NCBI GenBank assembly: GCA_951406725.2
Contig: OX597837.1
Location: 5,456,001-5,520,000, forward strand
Origin: Octopus vulgaris
Taxonomy: Eukaryota
Reading direction: 5' to 3'
Length of the DNA stretch: 64,000 bases
In this document: positions 59,762 to 64,000 of the stretch, piece by piece
Layout: the number at the start of each line of letters is the position of its first letter
Position numbering within the stretch: the stretch's first letter is position 1
The notes under the pieces: model-generated
Told to the model about the DNA's origin: nothing
Database searches by the model: none
What the model saw: the letters and a program-made list of their open reading frames with translations, nothing else
Made by a program: the position numbers and the translations under genes

Positions 59762-60539
59762 CAGGGTTTCTCAACCCATTATTTTTATCCCAGGAACTCT
59801 TTGTTTACCATTTTATTCTTGTGGGGCCCCATAGCCATTCGCTGTTTAAAAACTAGTTTTATAGAAATTTCTATCAAAATTCTCAATTTGTTTTTCTCGC
59901 ATTAACTTGTGTAGGTTGAACTATGGAAAATGTTAGAAAAAGAAACCTCGCAATACAGATATCTAAAGCAGGCGTTTCTCAACCAGTTTTATCTATGGAC
60001 CCCTTTCATTACTATTTTATTCTAGTGGACCCCTATAGCCATTCGATTAAAAACTAGTTTTATAGAAACTGGTTTCAGAATTCTTATTTTGTTTTTTCAC
60101 CCATTCAATTGTGTAGGTTGAACGATGTAAAACGTAAGAGAAAGAAACCCAGCTGTTTCTTGCAATACATACCAATACATACATCAAAGCAAGGGTTCTC
60201 ATCCATTTTTAATCTCTGGACCCCTTCGATTATTATTTTATTTAGGTGAACTCCCATTGCAATTTTATGCTTAAAAACTAGTTTTACAGAAACCTCTTTC
60301 AAAATTCCTGTTTTGTTCATCATACACTAACTTATGTAGGTTGAACTATGTAAAATGTTAGAGAAAGAAACCCAGCTGTTTCTTGCAAAACATACCAATA
60401 CATACATCTAAAGCAAAATCTATTCAGGGGATCTTAAAATACAATTGTGGATCCCCAATTTTCTATTTTGTTGTGTGGTATCCCAAAACTCTTATATGGA
60501 GCCTTGGAGACAATATGAACCCGTGGATGAGAACCACTA
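59762..60539. mobile_element. hAT-like MITE with a triplicated left end (units of about 205-220 bp)
   Basis: Units start cagggtttctcaacc (59762), caggcgtttctcaacc (59969) and caagggttctcatcc (60190); right TIR ggatgagaaccacta at 60525-60539. Confidence 0.7.
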
Positions 60540-62787
60540 CACGTTCATTTTACGAGCAGGCTGTTTCGTTGATAGGGCCAACTAGAAAACTCATCTTCGT
60601 AACCGACGGAGTGCCAGTTATGGATTATGCGTGATTACATGTGTCCGTGCGTATGTGTGTGTGCGTGCGTGTGCATGCGTGTGCGTTCGTGCGTGTGCGT
60701 GCGTGCTTATTTTATTACATATGCAATTGGCCCCTTTTTTTTCGTGCACGCATACAACATAACCTAGAATCTCAGGATGATTCAGCATGACACAGAATAT
60801 GAAATGTCCAGCCCTTTTGAATTACAGATACAACTCACTTTTGCCAGCTGGAGCAACGGGAAATAACGCGTATTCCACTTGTGGCCATTCCGTCTTTTTC
60901 ACACGTCCGGGAATTCATGGCCACATTTTCTGTCATGTAGTATATCCGTGAGGGTGACTTGAGTGTTATTCTTGGGAGATTTAGCAATCGTACCGAGGCT
61001 CCACGTGGTTATTTACACCCTGGATCCCTAGGCATGGTGGTCATGGCGTGCAGGTGTTGGATTGCATCTTTTTATTTCTTTGTTCTTGTTTATTTGTTTT
61101 GCCTTCAATTAGGTACCGCCAATAATTTCACACCTCTGCTTCCCAGGTAATTTAAAGTAATTAGAAATTGTCACATATAACCGCCACGACAGAGAGAGTT
61201 TATTTTCTCTTCTATTCACGCTTTCCATCACTCCGTCTTCTCTCTCTCTCCCATTTATTTCATACCTTCTATCTGCTTCTTTCTCCTCCTTATCTTTCTT
61301 TGTTTCCACTCAACTCATTATCTGCCTTCTGTTCTCCTTTGCTCTCCATATTCACTTTATCTTCCTCTCTGTCTATATCTCTTCTCTTTCTCTCTCCCCT
61401 CTCTCTTCTTTCAATTTTTCCCTCTTTTTCCATCCACTCCATAGAACTGTATGTTTCACCCTCGATTTGACAACTGAAACCGAAACAATATTGTTTTCGA
61501 GATACAAAGGCGAATGTGAATTGGCGTATAAACGTGTGTGTGTGTGTGTGTGTGCATGTGTGTGTTTGTGTGCGTGGGTGCGTCTGTGAATGTTCGTGGG
61601 TGCGTGTGTGTGTCTGTGTGTCCGCGCGAGTGCGTGCGTGTCTGTGCGTATGTGTGGGTGTCAGTGTGTGTTTGTGTGCGCGTGCGTGTGTGTATGTGTG
61701 TCTGTTTGTTCGTCTGTGTGTGCACGTCTATATGTTTAGGTGTGCGTGTGTGCGTGCGAGCGTGGGTATGCATGTGTGTGAGTGTGTGTGTACATGCGAG
61801 CTTGGTTATGCGTGCTTACATGTGTCTGTGCGTACGTGTGTGTATGAGTGTGTGTGCGTGCGTGTTCATGTGTGTGCGTCCGTCCGTGCGTGTGCATGTG
61901 TCTGCGTCCCTGCGTATGTGTGCTTGTCTGCCCGTGCGTATGCGCGTGTACAGACGGGCGCGCGTGTGTATGTGGGCGAAAGAAAGAAAGAGAGAAAGAG
62001 AGAGAGACCCGAAATTGCACCTCACCATTTCAAATAATAAAACGACACTTCAGATCACACATAAACCATAAATTTCATTCACATTTGAACAAAAAAGTAC
62101 GTTTTATATTCCTCTAATTTTCTATAAATGAGATTCACTTTGTGATCGGCCATCGGAATTTCAATCGACAACTTTTCTAAATCATTCTATCCCAAAATAG
62201 AACTTCACGGTTTTATTCCACCAATTTTACCCTTTGACATTTAATTGTAACATCTTTTTTCAAATATTTCTCTTTTTCCCCTACTTCTTTTAATTCATCT
62301 ATCTTTATTATACGTAAACAAATTTAACACTATTTCCCAACAATAGTCCCAAGAGTTTTATTTCAAGAAATATACCTAATTGTAATTCCGTCTGTGTTCC
62401 AGAAATAAATATTTAATAATCAACAGTTTTACCTTCGACTTTTCTAATTATTTGTGGTTTTTATTGTCACAATGGGAAAACCAGTTCTATTGTATATATA
62501 TAGACATAAATAGACACCTTCACAGACACACACAAGCACTCAAACAAAAACTCGGACAAGGACATACACTCACATATATACATACGTAGGTATACACCGA
62601 GATATAAAGATATAAAGAGAAAATCAGTGACAGATTATACATATATATGTGTGTGTATACGTGCATACGTATGTATATATATATACACATTTAATCTGCC
62701 TCTCTCATTCTACTCTACATACATACATACATACATACATACATACATACATACATACATACATACATACATACATACATACATACG

Positions 62788-63165
62788 TGCACAGTTATGG
62801 AAATTAGCTGTCCAGCGGATGTTAACATAAATCTGAAGATCAGTGAAAAAAAGGATACCTATACTGAACTATTGAGAGAAATCTGCAGTTACTCTATCCA
62901 GATTACAAGTTCAGATTTTTACCAGTAATAATTGGGACCCTGGGATATTTAAAGCACTGCCTAAATACCAGTCTTGAGAAATTAGTCTTTTCAAAACCAG
63001 AAGGGAGAAAGTTAATTCGAAGTCTACATATCCAATCCATCACTTGAACTGTAAAAATCTGTAAAACTTTTCAGTTTATCATTTAAATATATATGGGCAT
63101 GTCTAGATATGTAACTAGATGCATGAGAATATATACATGAAACACACAAATCTGCATATATATAC
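62788..63165 (+). pseudogene. R4/Dong-like non-LTR retrotransposon, restriction-like endonuclease C-terminus and 3'UTR
   Basis: CTVMEISCPADVNINLKISEKKDTYTELLR, then after a frameshift LQLLYPDYKFRFLPVIIGTLGY...ICKTF. Fits the ExxCP..N...K..EK...Y..L...P(I/V)IIGxLG pattern; embedded in (CATA)n. Confidence 0.82.
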
Positions 63166-63396
63166 ATACAAACAAACAAACATGCATACATACATAATTC
63201 CTACATACATACATGCATGCTTACATACATACATGCATGCATGCATACATAATACATACATGCATACATAATACATACATACATACAAACATACATACAA
63301 ACATACATACATGCATACATACATACATGCATACATACATACATGCATACATACATACATTCATTCATACATACGTACATGCATGCATACATACAA

Positions 63397-63429
<33 letters not shown>

Positions 63430-64000
63430 CGAATTACCGCTAAGCATTTCGCCCGGCGTGCTAACCTTTCTGTCGCCTTGACGTAAATATATATTAAAAT
63501 AATTTATAGACATACACATACGCATACATATACATACTTATTCATATATACATATGTACATATATCTCAAATATAGAAATACATATATACACACTTATAT
63601 CAACGTCATTCCCAAAAGAAAACAATAGTGTTTTCTCACTGGTTTTCAACGTAAAACATTTTAAAGAAGTTCCCTTTTCTTTTCTGTTACCATAACGCCT
63701 ATGTTTCCCAAAGAACAACGAAAGACAACAGCCTAAAAAGATTTCCGAAGAACTATTTTTTTTTATGTTCTAGAACAGAATGAGACAACGCCACCTACCG
63801 CCAACAACATCACAACTATGATGGCGACGACAACCTCCACCACCATCCGCAACACATCACCACCATCACCATCAGCATCACTATCAGCCGTCGCCACTGC
63901 CGCTGCCGCTATAACGGTGGCCACCACCACAAACAATACAAAACAAAGGAACACCCACGCATTGTTCACGAGGAAGAAAGAAATGAATTATAACAATAAA

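Noticed and set aside
59762-60410. CRISPR-like array (also the Helitron internal repeats at 36624-37020)
   Set aside because: Long diverged tandem units without unique spacers, a eukaryotic context and no cas genes.

Overview
AT-rich eukaryotic non-coding DNA saturated with microsatellites and transposon debris. The repeat content (tRNA-derived SINE families, (TA)n/(TACA)n/(TATC)n tracts, mariner, Dong/R4, RTE and Penelope-like fragments) suggests an intergenic or intronic region of a cephalopod, probably Octopus; the organism call is an inference. I recognise no intact host gene, and almost all ORFs in the track are translated microsatellites. Real coding remnants are all transposon-derived: four mariner copies (one near full length), a DD37D/maT transposase, a Penelope-like RT fragment, an RTE 3' end and an R4/Dong-like endonuclease end. 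The most notable signal is about ten minimal type-I hammerhead ribozyme motifs carried by short non-coding, Penelope pLTR-like elements, most of which sit beside (TA)n tracts and often form fold-back palindromes. Several have non-canonical cores: a G3-C8 swapped core (GUGAACU), a family-fixed CUGUNGA core and a CCGACGA core. An R4/Dong-like element also recurs in (CATA)n tracts. Coordinates were read by eye; boundaries of degenerate repeats are approximate.
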